Assembly: GCA_013265495.1 (NCBI GenBank)
Contig: MU058226.1
Location: forward strand, 954,741-1,018,740
Reading direction: 5' to 3'
DNA: 64,000 nucleotides
From: Vicugna vicugna
Taxonomy: Eukaryota
Under the pieces are notes generated by a model. That model searched no databases. It was not told the DNA's origin and worked only from the letters and a program-made list of their open reading frames with translations. The translations under genes were made by a program, and so were the position numbers. Position 1 is the stretch's first letter. Each line of letters begins with the position of its first letter. Shown piece after piece: positions 38,922-51,480 of this stretch.

Positions 38922-39402
38922 GTGGGAGGCAAGATGATGGTCTCTCAAAGAAGCCCAAGTCCTAATCCCTGGAACAGGTGAAAATGTCACCTGATATGGC
39001 AAAAAGGACTTTTTGGCTCTTGAGATGGGAATATTATTATGGATTATCCAGGAAGGTCCAATGTAAACATAGGGTTCTTTATAAGTGAAAAAGGAAGGCA
39101 GGAGGGTCAGAGTTAGAGAATGAGATTTGTCGACAGAGTCAGAGGTCACAGTGACTGGACTGCTGACTTGGAAGACAGAGGAAGGGGCCACGAGCCAAGT
39201 CTCTCTAGAGACTGGAGAAGACAAGGAAACAGATTCCCCTCTAGAGATTGCAGAAGGAACACAGCCTTGCTGACATCTTAATTTCAGTCTAGTGAAACCT
39301 ATTTCAAAGTATGACATTCAGAACTGTAAGATAATAAATTTATGCTGTTTTAAGCCACTAATTTTGTGGTAATTTGCTGTGGCAGACATAGGAAAATGAT
39401 AC
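38922..39402 (+). mobile_element. MLT1D-like MaLR LTR
   Basis: gtcctaatccctggaac...cagaactgtaagataataaatttatgctgttttaagccactaattttgtggtaatttg. Confidence 0.8.
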
Positions 39403-40299
39403 CAGTCACCACCAAAATTCTGAGAGGCTGAAATTGGAAGTTCAGGGAAGCAAAATGCTGGAGACCTCAGCCCGTAACACTCATGGGTGGTTCTCAAAAG
39501 CTTTCTGGGAGACTTCTGCAATTCTCTAGAACCTGTGAGGAAACCCACATCCCATGTCTCATTCTGCATAGGCAAAGCAGGTGGGCCTCAAGCCTAGCAC
39601 AGCAGCTGCTGAGAATTTCACATCTGCCTGCTCATCTGTGATCCTGATAATAGGATCTCTTCTAGACTCCATATCTCATGCAAGTCTCTCCTACTGGAAA
39701 ACTTGAACTGGAACTATACAGGGGAGGGGATTCTGGGAGATATATTTCCTGGGTTCTCTTCTGCAGAGGGCCTGCTAGAAGAGGGGCTGAAAAGTTGTGT
39801 TGTGTCCTTCAAACCCTAGGGGCTCATCTGAGGGGCAAACAAATCTTTTCTCTTATAGGTCTTGAGGTCAGAAGTTCCAAGTTAGTTTCAGTGGACTAAA
39901 GTCAAAGTGTCAGCTGGGTGTTTCCTTCTGGAGGCTCTAGGGAAGAACCCATTCCCTTACCTTCTACAATTAAAATGCTTTAAAGATGTATCCTACATAA
40001 TGATAGCTTTTGCTTTGTTGGTATTCAGACTGTACTCAATTTGGGGCTATGTTTTCTAGAAATTATTGGGTGGGCCACTGAAGATTTTAAGTAGGGCGAA
40101 GACCAAACTGCATTCTGTTTCAAAAGAATCAATACAAGCAAATTCTGTTATTAAATCTTTGGGGGAGAGCAAGACTGGAAGCAAATAAATGTGTTAGAAG
40201 AATCTGGCAGAAATATCAGTGACAGATAATGACGATTTCAGCAAGGACAGTGGCCACACTCTGCCTTTGGCATCCCAGACAAAGGTAGAGGCCGGAGAT

Positions 40300-42110
40300 G
40301 AAGCAGCCACAAAGGGTGGGAGGGAAGGCTGGAACCAGAGACCCGGGCAGCGCAAAGTAGAAGCCCGCGCTGTCAGAGGACTCTAGGTGAAAGGGACATG
40401 GATCTCCTTGGTTGGGGCACTGCTGTGCAAACCGAGTTTGAGCGCTAAGTATTCATGGACTTTGGAATGAGCGAGGGCAGATGAGGGGAGCTGGGCGAGG
40501 CATGGACGCAGACTAAGCAGAGAACAAGAGCGGCAACTCAGTCTGGGCGGAGCGGCCACAAGGTGGCGCCAAAGGAACGGACTCGGCGGAGGGAAGCTAA
40601 CATCTGTGACCCACACAGCAGCAGAGGAACTTCAGGGAAGACACTTTTCGCTTTCCCGACTGTGTTAGGTTTCTTGTGAACTATTTGCTAGTACTGAAAC
40701 CCATCATCTTTTCTTATTCCTCCTGGCTCTTTCTCCAATTTGACCGTTTCCTTCATACTGAGGAAAAATCCTCTTATTGAGATGTTACAAATCTCCAATA
40801 ACGGCCGATAAGAACAGGGAAGTCTGCCCCTTGAGTGTCCCCTGACTTCTCACTAACTCACAGCGCCTCACTCTTTCCAGACACAACGAGAAGCTCAAAG
40901 GACCAAATCGAATTGCTTCTTCCCTACACCTCTGGGAAGCAAAAGGCACATCAAGCTTGGGGAAGTCATCTGAGTTGGGAGAACCGAGAAACCTGCAAGA
41001 CAGAAGGGTCCCAAATCCGTGTGTGTGGCGGGGATGGGTGGGCTCTGTGAAGCAAAGAGCCTGATAACAGGGAGAGACCAGCGAAGCTTCCAGGTGGGAG
41101 TTAGCGCCGGACCTCCCAGCGCCGCGGATAAGGTCCTCAGGGTAACTGCACCCTAGACTGAAGGAAGATCAACCCTGCGGTTTAGGTGACCTTGGAGAGC
41201 TTGCAAGTTTAAGAGGCTTGGTTGTACAACACCCACCTTCTCTAAATATAAATTCAGATGTTAACAGCAATTCATGTTCAACCTCAATTTAAAATTCATT
41301 TATTATCCATGTATGGAAAACGACACGCTCAGAACAGTTTCATTTATGAGCAGCATATAGACTCCTTCCTGGGTATCCGCGGAGGACTGGATCCAGGGCA
41401 CCCCTGCATACCTAAATCCGTGGATGCTCAGATGCCTTATATAAATGGCATAGTATTTGCATACAACTTTTGTACAACCTTCCATATACTTTAAATCATC
41501 TGTAGGTTACTTATAGCAGCTAATACAATGTGTAAATGCTATGTAAATAGCTGTAAATACAGTGTAAGTGTTACGGAAATAATTGCCAGTGGGCAGCAAA
41601 TTCAAGATTTGCTTTTTGGAATTCTGAAAAAAAATTTTTTTTTTAATTGGGAAAAACAAACACTGGGACTGGAATGAAGCCAGACAAGCCTGGGCACCTC
41701 CTGTTGGGGATGGTCAACTTTGAGGGTCCCAGCACAATTGCTGAGGACCGCGGCAACCACGGAAGAGCGGCCAGACGTCGGAGGCGGGTAGACGGAAAAG
41801 TGCGGAGGTGCGGTGGTGCGGAAGGGCGCGTCGGATTCCGATTGCCGCTCGGGTAGAGTGTAGGGTCTCGGGTTGGAGGGATATGCGCGGTCAAAGCTCC
41901 TGTGGCGATATGGGAACGGCACCTTTGGGGGATTCGCCTGCCACTACTCGACCCTGGCGGGTTTGGTGGGTAGCCTCGGAGAAGGGCAGTTCTTCCAAAG
42001 AAGAAAGAGGAAGGGAGCAGGAAGAGAGAGAGGAGGGAGAAGTGGAGGAGGAGGGGTGGCTTCTTTCCGGCGGTCTATTTTAGCAGCCTGATTGCTTTTC
42101 TCCGCTACTG
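40300..42110. promoter_or_regulatory. Second orphan CpG-rich region, split by a MER2-like insertion
   Basis: CpG clusters at 40340-40600, 41100-41180 and 41750-42105; CTCF-like CCACAAGGTGGCGC at 40556-40569. Confidence 0.5.
41357..41635 (-). mobile_element. MER2-like Tigger DNA transposon
   Basis: aaatccgtggatgctcagatgccttatataaatggcatagtatttgcatacaac...tactttaaatcatct. Confidence 0.75.
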
Positions 42111-42957
42111 CATCCCTCTCTAGTGTTTACTATGAACTGAGGCTCCCTCTGCCTTCTTTCGTAGGTCAGTAAGTTCCATTTGCTCTCCATATTGCTAATA
42201 TTTGCTGAAAATTTCCATCACTGGGACTCATCCATTTTCATTACAGCTATGGATTCAGTTCAGTTGTATCCCCTTACAACGTTTTAATATTATCTTAGGA
42301 GAGAAGGAAGATGAGTTTTTGCTCCTGGAAGGCTGGCTGTCTTGAATCCAGAGCCTCCTCTCATTGTCTTTAACAGGAATGTATTTAGGGGATGATCTTT
42401 GCACAGCAAAAAGAGAACTAGCCTTCCCAAGTCAGATGAATTGGGTGAAGAGTCTCATCTGGCCCTCTGTCAAGTCCAGGGATCTTGGAGCTTCTGTAAA
42501 TGATCAACGCCTTTAATCTGCATATGTATAAAATAGATATAACTGTGTTACTGTCCACACTGGTGTTTTAGGAAGGTATGGTGTGATACAAGTGAGAGCT
42601 TTATAAATAATAACCTTTTCTTCATCTCACTACTCATTGCTAACAGTTTCTGTTTCCTAGGACTCTCAAAACTGAATTCATGGCTTTGATAGTCACTTAT
42701 GGAACAAACAGCACATACCAGGTGATGTTCAAGTGTTGAGAAAAAATATGCATAAGGCATTAAACACAATTACAAAATGGAGAGAAAAGAAAGTCCTCAC
42801 TCTCGCGGGGCTCACACTTTTAAAGAGGAAACAAATAATAAACAAATCTGACCTTGTAGTGTGCGGAGGGTGATCACACAGATGTGTGTGGGTGTCGTAG
42901 GTGTTCCGGAGGAAGACTGCCTGGAGCGTCAGGCTCTGAGGAAGGATCTGTGCAGAT

Positions 42958-43170
42958 AGGGGTTCTTGATCTCAGCATGGCAGATATTCTGGGCCCGATG
43001 ATACTTTGTTGTGGAGACTGCCCTGTGAATTGTAGGATGGTTAGTATCCTACTTGGCCTCTACCCACGGGATACCAGTGACACCACCACCTCCTCAATTG
43101 TGACAACCCCAAAATATGACCAGACGTTGCCATGTCCCTGTGGTGGTGGAGGGGCATTGGAGAACCACCA
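42958..43170 (-). mobile_element. MER20 (hAT-Charlie)
   Basis: ctttgttgtggagactgccctgtgaattgtaggatggttagtatcc...ggcctctacccac...ttgtgacaacc...gagaaccac. Confidence 0.75.
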
Positions 43171-44199
43171 GCGTAAAGAGTAGCCAGGACATCACTGTGA
43201 GTCGCACTGGTGGCATGGAAGGCATCTTTATTTGGCAGAATGACAAAAAAGTTTTTAATTTAGTTTTTTGTTTACATTAATGGGTCATTGGTCCCTTATT
43301 TATTTTAATGTGTAAATAGAAAAATACTAGTTTTTAATTCAGAGTAGAGATAGGATTTCTTTTCTTTAAATATATGTATTTGGGCAAAAGTGGTACTTCA
43401 GGAAACGATGAATAAAAGAAACTAGGAAGAATTGCATCATGTACAATTCCTGGCAATTGTGTAACTATCATGCCATTCCACTCTGTCTGCACTTGGGCCA
43501 TGCGTGAGGCCTGGAGGAGGGTGGGATTTGGTGCAGGGTGCAGGCAGTGCCACTTAGGCCACACCCTCTCCTCAGTGGCAGGGTGCCTCCTTTGCTCCTA
43601 AACACCCAGTGCTCCAAAGAGGGGATTCTCACCCCTTCTCCACAGGCCGTGGTCTCTCCTTGGGCTTCAGGCAGAGGACCTCAAGGCTGAGGAATTATTA
43701 GAAGCTTTTCTTAGGGTGTGCTGCCCCTGAGCTCCAGAGCAAAATCACATTCGATGCCCAATAATGTAGGAGGTGAGAGTGAAGGAAAGGGGTGAATGAG
43801 CTGCTTTTCCCAGAGAGAGGGCGCCACCAGCTGGAGCCGGGCTGCTTGCTGCAGCCTCCACTCAGAACCCTGCCGCAGGAGTTTAACCTTCCTGGAACAT
43901 GGTTTGCTTACTCACTGCACACCTTCTCAGTCCTTCAACACCCCTGTCTTTGCCAAGGGTTCCCCTGAAGTACTGCAAGGGTAATTTGAGTGACAGAGGT
44001 TAACTCTTTCATTTTAGGAGATAAACAAAGGGTAGACATATCAGTGTGAGGGAGTCCATGAGTTTAAGCAGAGGTGGGTCACAGCTTGGGATATAATACC
44101 CGTAAACCACATTCTCATAGTCCTTGATTTTTCATAAAGGAGCATTCCCATCCATTTGTGCCCTCTTAAAAGATTACTTCTATACACATTTTTACAAAT

Positions 44200-46405
44200 A
44201 AAACCACTAAGGCCCTATAATATAAAAAAGATAATTTAAAACAAAAGTCAAATGCCATTTATCAGATGGGCAAACACCAAAGGTTTGATGATGCCTCACT
44301 GTGTCAGTGAGAGTGCGATAATCAGGCATGTTAGCGTGAGGTTGGTGGGGGAGTAAATCAGTATAACTTCCACGAAAGGCAATAGGGCATTTTCCATCAA
44401 ACATTAAATGTAGAAGTATTTGATCAAGCAATTCAGCCTGTAGGAATGTATCATGCAGATATGGCCTCTAGTGTAAAATATGAACAAAAATATTAATGCA
44501 TTACTTTTTCACTTCATTTTAAATTTTTATTGTGAAAAAGCACACAAAGATTGACAATGCAAAAAGTAGAGTTTAATGGAGTGCACATACAATGTAACTA
44601 CTACTTTGAGAAATTAAACATTGCCGGCAGCCCAGATGCCTCTATCCTGGCAATCACCCTCCAGTCGTGGGTTAATCCATGCTTAACCACTACCCTGACT
44701 TTAAGGTAATATTTTCTTGCTTTATTTTCAGTTTTCTACATAACTAGAGATCCCTAAACAATAAACAGTACATGTATATTCATTTTCATTATTTTTGAAC
44801 AGTATGTAAATAGAATCACACAGCATATATTCTTTTGTGCCTGGCCTTTTTGTTGAATGGTATGTTTTGAAGACCCATTTTTGCTGGATGTGTAGCTGTA
44901 GCTCAGCTGTACACATTATTTATAAGAAAAAGAAACTAAATCAACAGGGAGCAAGTTAAACAAATTATGGAATGTTCACAAGGTAGAATATTATGCAGCT
45001 GTGAAAAATAATAAAGCTGATCCTTATGCACTGAAATGGTAAGAGCATCAAGTTCTACTGCTAAAAAAAGCAATATATAAACTGTATATAGTGTCCTACC
45101 ATTTGAGTGAAAAGAAAATTTAAATCAACATAAACTGATTTGTTTATGCATGTTTATTTTAAAATCCAGAATGTGTTTACAGTATTTGTCTCCGGGAGAG
45201 GAAATGAGTGGCTGCAGGATGAGGGTGGGAGGAAAATTAACCCCTCATTGTAGCTATTTGTATAGTTCTTGAATTTTCTAACTGTGTGCACCTACTAACT
45301 ATTCAAAATGAGGCCAGACACCCTAAATAACTTACCCAAAGTCATATAGCTAGCCAATGTTATAGCTTGGATTCAGCCCCAATTATTGGGAATTTTGGCC
45401 AGATCTCTTTGTAATTTCAAAAACAGGATGGATTGAACCAATGAATGGCCTTATCCTCTCTAACCTGGGAAAATCTCAGGGGACACTCTGGCTGGGTCTG
45501 AATGTTGGTCTGTTTCTTTATCCCATCACTCCTTTTCAGCTGTGTTCTGGTGGGATTCCACTGAGCTGAGGCAGGGGTTATCATGTGACTGCCCCAAGAA
45601 GGACACAATTTTCAGGGAAGGTAAAAAGGGAGAAACCCAGATACCCACCCTGACTCTAAGAGTCCAGGGGGAATATTTTCCTGTTGCAAAGTAGGGTGAG
45701 ACAGGGCATGGTTGGAGGCACCAGGTCTGAAAGGGAGGTAAGGGAGTCCTGATAAAGTAGTGGCAGATCAGACTGAGCAGGACCAGAGAGAACAAGCCCC
45801 CAAAGGGAGTCAGGTTGGAGACAGAGGATAAGGTCTAAGCAAGACAGTTTGGTTTCCAAGGAAGTAGCTGACATATCATCAAAATAAAACTGCATCAAAG
45901 AACACTATTGAAAAAGTGAAAAGGCAATCCACAGAATGGGAGATAATATTTGTAAATCATATATCTGATAAGGACCTAATATCCAGAATATATAAAGAAT
46001 TCTTACAACTCAAAACATAAAGGCAAACAACTCACTTTAAAAAAAAACGGGCAAAAGTCTTCAATAGACATTTCCCCAAAGATACACAAATGGCCAACAA
46101 GTACAGGAAAAGATGCTCAACATCTTCAGTTGTTAGGGAAATGCAAATCAGAATCACAGTGAGATAGAAACTTCACACCCACTAGGAGGCTGTACCAAGC
46201 AAACACAAAATAACAAGCGCAAGGATGGAGAGAAACTAGAACGCTTTCTCACTCCTGGTGGGAATGTAAACTGGTGCAGCAGCTGTGGAAAGAGAGTTTG
46301 GTGGTTCCTCAAAAACAGAACTACCATATGATCCAGCAATTCCTCTCCTAAGTATATACCCCAAAGAATTGAAAACAGGTGTTCAAACAGAAACTTGTAA
46401 ATAAA
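44200..46405. mobile_element. L1M fragments (44200-45300 old and nested; 45880-46405 L1MB-like, +)
   Basis: gtgaaaaggcaatccacagaatgggagataatatttgtaaatcatatatctgataagg and related L1 motifs. Confidence 0.7.
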
Positions 46406-46789
46406 TCCGGTCACAGCCTAGATTCTGGGGACAGAATTCTCTGCAGGACTCCTGTCTGCTGTCCTAAAGCTCCTTCTCTAACCCTCCTACCTACTTACTC
46501 AGTTTCAGTAAAAAGTCCCAGCCTTTACCCCTTGTGAGGAGAAACTATTCTGTGAGATGCCAGGGTGCACGCCCTGAAAGAACTGGCTAGTCCTAGGCCC
46601 CAGTGAAGAAGTTTCTAGAACTATCTCACTCCAGACTAGGGCAGGATCAGGAAGCAATATGGGAAAGGGAAGTGCTCAGACTAGTCAATTGCTCTCCTGA
46701 GGCCTGTCCTGCAGCAAAGACCCTATGCCTCTGACCTGTAACTTCTGGGTGGGAGTGTATTAACTGTATTTTCTAGTTTCTGAAGTTTT

Positions 46790-47310
46790 GAGCTTGAGTT
46801 TTGCTGCTTAGGGAGGAACTGCCCCCCTCCAGGGTTAGCTACTCCTAGAGACAGCAATCAACTCTCCCAGGAGCTCACCTTCTCATATGCAAACTAACCA
46901 ATCTGGAGTCCACCCACCTGCTTTATCCCCTCTTAAGCTTGTGAGACATTAACCCTAGGCCCTAAGTGCCCCAGGCCAGGCATCAGACATCTAGGGGCTA
47001 TACTTTGGAGCTTGCTAAAATTACTCCAACTAGCAATCCCAGACCTGGTCGGCCCACTGTTGCCCTACCTTACCAGGTTTTTCTGAAAAAAACCACAACA
47101 AAGGCTTTCCTGTTGTTCCCCTTGCTCTGTTTGCATGGACTTTGACCTCAATGTTCTGTCCTGTGGTCCTGCACAGTGTGTGGTGCCCCACCCCCCAATC
47201 TTGGGAACCATGAGTAAAACCATCTTTTCCATGGTAATCATCTTCTGGTCTGTGGGCCTCACCATGCATACTTGAATAATAGCAAAATATTGGGTATTTT
47301 TTAAAACAGG
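46790..47310 (+). mobile_element. MER74-like ERVL LTR
   Basis: ggaactgcccccctccagggttagctactcctagagac...tcatatgcaaactaaccaatc...gccccaggccagg. Confidence 0.55.
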
Positions 47311-48507
47311 GAGAGCACCCAGTTCTAGTGGCCTGAACTCTGCTCCTCTGTCCTCATCTGTGCCAGCCACAGTTAACCCAGTGCTTAAGCTTGTGAGGCA
47401 CCTGTGCACACCTGTTCACCAAATTTTCTCACTTGCTCACATACCTACTAAGCTAATATTTAATTTCATATAAAATTTGTAAAAACCAAGGACAAAATTT
47501 ATAGGAGGGTGACCTGTGTTATGGAAATCTGATTTCTAGGCACCCTGGGTGCCCTTTCAGGTACATCCCCAGACTTACTGCGCAGAGACCTCAAGGGGAT
47601 AGCAGGGGAAATCTGGCTTCAAAGAGCTTCCTGTGGCCAGTAAATACTGAAGCTACAGCAAATATGTGGCATAGATAAAGCAAGAATTATTGTTCCCTTT
47701 GTTGAGAACCTAAGTAATTTTTTTGAATTCCCTTCTGAATTCAGAAGAACAATTTCTCAATCATTCTCTCTTTCCTCCCTGACAATAATAATGACACTAT
47801 TTTTTACTAGTTTTAAAAAGTGCTAAACAAACCTAATGTTCAGGAGTAATTAAGTCTTGGTTTCTGTGGCTTTTGGAAGACCATGTTTTCTTGATTCAGT
47901 TGGGATGACCTAAGTTTCTTCTTTCTCCTCTATTTAATTTTATCTGAAGGGTCCTAAAAGAGCAGAGATTTATGAAATCATTTAGAAACATTAAAGAAAG
48001 CTGACTATTTCACACTAGGGCTTTGATTTCCTCTGTTATAGGAAATCCATTTTTGCACATAATGACAACTATCGTGTCATAATAAGTAAACACAAAAAGG
48101 ACAGTCTTGGGAGGAGGAAGGGTGGGGTTCCTCGGAACCCCACTGCTATTCCACTGTGGACATATTTGGTCATGTGTAATCATAATCACACTCAAAATAA
48201 CTTGGCCAAGAATCAGATTTAGTGTGCAACAACCAACCAGCTCAGAAATGACACTCAAGCAGGGAGCCAATGAAGGTGAGCTGAGGACAAAAAGGGTCCA
48301 GGTCTGCATGGGGTGCACCTTCAGGTTACATGTTTGTGTTGGTTGCTAGAGTTGACCCTTGGGCACTATCTCCAGAAGTAAATGTCAAAGAATAACTCAG
48401 AAACATTTAGTTCTTTGCACACTATTAGTATTTTCCATGCAAATAGTGTACAGACATGTGAAAGAATCAGTGGAGACAAAGAGTCAGGGACAAAGGCAAA
48501 ATGAGGG

Positions 48508-49030
48508 TGTGGTAGATTGCTACAGTGGTGGTCCCCAGGGAGCCAATAAAACTCCCAGTATTCATGCCCCAGTGTAACCCCTCCCACGTTGAACCTGGGC
48601 TTAGCCAAGTGCCTGATTCTGGTCAAGGGGACATTAGCAAGCATGATGAGAAGAGAGGCTTGATGAGCACTTGTACCTTGCAGCCTGTCTTCTTAGAATA
48701 CTCTGTGGAAGACAGAAGCCATGTAAGAAGTCCAACCACCCAGAGACAGCCTTGCTGTCAGGACATCAAGGCCAGCTACACAGAAAGGCCACCTGGAGAA
48801 GCAATGAGGTGTCATACATGCAAATGAAGCTTCTTGAGTCTTTCAGACCAGGTACCAGCCACCAGCTAAATGCAGCTGAGTGACTCCAGCTGATGCCACC
48901 TGAAGGGAAGTACCTCTGAGCCAAGTCTTCAGTCAGCTTAGCCCACAGAATCAGGGGAAACAACACATCACTGTTGTTTTAAGCTACTACGTTATGCAGT
49001 GATTTTTATGCAGCAGTAAGTGCAACACAG
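48508..49030 (+). mobile_element. MLT1 (MaLR) LTR
   Basis: Starts tgtggtagattg; ends tgttgttttaagctactacgttatgcagtgatttttatgcagcagta. Confidence 0.65.
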
Positions 49031-49788
49031 GATATATAAGAGAAAAGGAACAGTGAATTTTGTTTGTATACTTTTGGGATAAACTGATTAGCTGACACCT
49101 AGCAAAGCGGTCAGTCTGAAATTCCATCCTCAAGTAAGTTCTCCAGGAATAACAAGTGAAACAATTTTTGTTGTTTACTGATTCTCAAGAAAACCTTGAA
49201 GGTTTACCTATGGAGCATATTTGTGTAATAGCTGCCAGTGTCCTTTTGTGAGCACCTTTGGCGTTGCTTCAAGTTTGTACAGTTTTCCTTATTAGAATTT
49301 TATAGAAGAAAATCCAGGGACTGGGAAAAAAATCCAACTCAGAGTGGGCCTGAAGAATCTGAACCCTCTTCCGGCCCCCCACAAATTCTTTTCCTCATTT
49401 GAAAACAGGATCAGTGGTAGCAGCAGTCTGTCTGTCCAGCCCTTTGGTCAACAGTCAGGGCTACCGAAAAATGGACTGTCTCAAGAAGGCACAAGTCCTT
49501 GCAGACAACCCAGGAGCCTGAGTTCCAAATGTGGCAGTGCACTGAGGAGGCCAGGGTGGAGGGGCACTGGAGTCACGGCCCTGGAAATGGGAGCTGCTTT
49601 GTGAGGCCAAGTGGTCTGTGGAAATTGGGATCTCTCTGAATGATGGGAAGATGATAAAGACAAAGGACAAAAAACACAAACAAGAGGTTAGCTGGTGACA
49701 GAGAAATACAGACAGAAACAGAGGAAAATGGAGTTAAGAGCTGAAATACTCACAGAACAGAATCACACAAAGTTAAACAGAATTAAAA

Positions 49789-49794
49789 TTTATT
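49789..49794 (-). terminator. RPP21 poly(A) signal overlapping the stop codon
   Basis: CAATAAA followed by GU/U-rich sequence (ttgtgtgattctgttctgtg) on the minus strand. Confidence 0.75.
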
Positions 49795-51372
49795 GGGAAG
49801 ATAGGGTGAATCCATCACTGGTGACTGGAGCTCGAGGCTGTATGTTCTCCTCAGGAAGCTGGGCTGGAACGGGGTGGGCTGTGTTTGGCAGGGGCTGTGG
49901 TGGTTTGGGATCTGAGTAGATGAGCAGAATTAGTTTTTTAAAACTGGCACCTTTCACACCAACCCAGAACTCACCTGTGTGTCCTCTTCAGCTCTGTGTT
50001 ATCCACTGCTCCGACCTCCCTGGGGTATCCCCGATTTTCTCTACCAGCTCTCACCTGCCTGGCTCCCCAGCTGAGCCTCAGGCCGGTCTCCCCAGAGCAG
50101 ATGCCTAGGATCGTTGAGGAACCGCTGACTGTGCTGGCATGTTAGGCAGGTCTGTACAGTCCAGCGCTGACCCTTGCAGCCTGGGGTGAATGTGGGAAAA
50201 AGAGAGTGCCCAGGTTCAGGAGAAGAAAAGCTCTCTTGCACCCAGTTTTGCTTCCACTGTTTTTTAGTAGGGAGTCTACCCCCTCCCTACTTTGAATCAA
50301 ATTTGATGGTGTCAGGTCCCTGCATAAACTGTCAATTTCTTTGTACCCTTTAAGATAAAGTCCAAACTCCTTAAGATCTGTCCTGTTTCCCTCTCCAGCC
50401 ACATGTCTTGCCCTTGCCCACCTCAAATTCCAGCCACCTGAACTCTCATTTCCTTGACAGCACCACAACCTCTCTTGCCTGAGATCTCACAAATGCCTAG
50501 GATTTTCATTTCTCACTTCCTTCACTTATAATGAACCTCAGGACCACTGGTTTAAATAACTTAGTATTTTACCCTCCCAATTAAAACATTTTTCTATGCT
50601 ATTTTAATTGTTTCTTAGTCTGTCCCATCAGACTATAATTTCAAAGAGAATAATGACTAGCGAAATCCTTGATACATCTTAGAAAATTTTTGAAGTAAGG
50701 AATGAAGATGGGAATCATGTCCTCATAATGCCAAATAATATCTATTACTATGTGCGGGCGAGGTTGCCTCTCATGGCAACATCATTTCTCTACTGCCCAG
50801 ACCTAGTTTGTCCAAGTGGAGGTAAACAACTTAACTCACAGCTGGAGAAAGTCGACTCCTCCAAACCCCACACCTAGCACCCCTCTAAATCCTTGCCTGT
50901 CCCCTCTCCAGGGCACTGGTGGCTCCTCAAACATCCCACCTCAGCAGAAGGGAGCACTCACGTCTCTGGCGCTGGGTGCAGGTCAGGCCCGGGATGAGGA
51001 GGGAAGAGCAGCCACGACAGAGGGTCCTCTTCACTGAGGGGTCCCTGGGGACGGAGGTGGGTGGTGGTCCGGGGGCCCGCTCTCCCTCTCCGGTTCTTCC
51101 CCCGCCCCGCCCACTGCCAGGCTCCACGCCCGTCTCACCTCCGCAAGACGAGCCGCTTTGCGATGGTCCTCTCCGTGTGGCAGTAAAACCTCGCCAGCGC
51201 CTGGTTCTCGGGCTCTTGCGCGAGGACGCAGTGGGCGGCCTGAGGGAAGGAGCCGTCACTGGGGGCCGGCCGCACTGGGCCTCCTCCCTGTGCGTGCTCC
51301 CCGACGCGGACTCACCTGGTACAGGAAGCTGAGCCTCTGGAAGGCCTCGCGGTCCTTCACCGGTCCCGCCAT
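49790..51372 (-). CDS. RPP21: Ribonuclease P protein subunit p21 (162 aa as read here)
   Basis: Exons (-): 51316-51372, 51139-51239, 50962-51044, 50055-50180, 49790-49911 = 489 nt. [65 protein letters not shown]...CLTC zinc-ribbon intact. Confidence 0.95.
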
Positions 51373-51460
51373 TCGAGCCAGGCCGCGCCGCGAGAGCCCA
51401 ACACACGACAGTCCACAGGCTTTATCCCAGGGTGGCCCCTCCTGCGGACGTCCGCGCAAG

Positions 51461-51480
51461 GCCTTCTGGGAAGTGTAGTT
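51461..51480 (-). promoter_or_regulatory. ZNF143/THAP11-type ACTACA-SBS motif in the RPP21 CpG-island promoter
   Basis: AACTACACTTCCCAGAAGGC, ~90 nt upstream of the ATG, matches ACTACAnnTCCCAnnAnGC. Confidence 0.75.

Noticed and set aside
38601..39317. 238-aa minus-strand ORF
   Set aside because: Largely the antisense reading of an MLT1D-like LTR; no domain or gene structure.
42944..42965. MIC exon 2-like GGATCTGTGCAG...GGGTT
   Set aside because: A short chance match at the edge of a MER20 element; no extended MIC-like frame.
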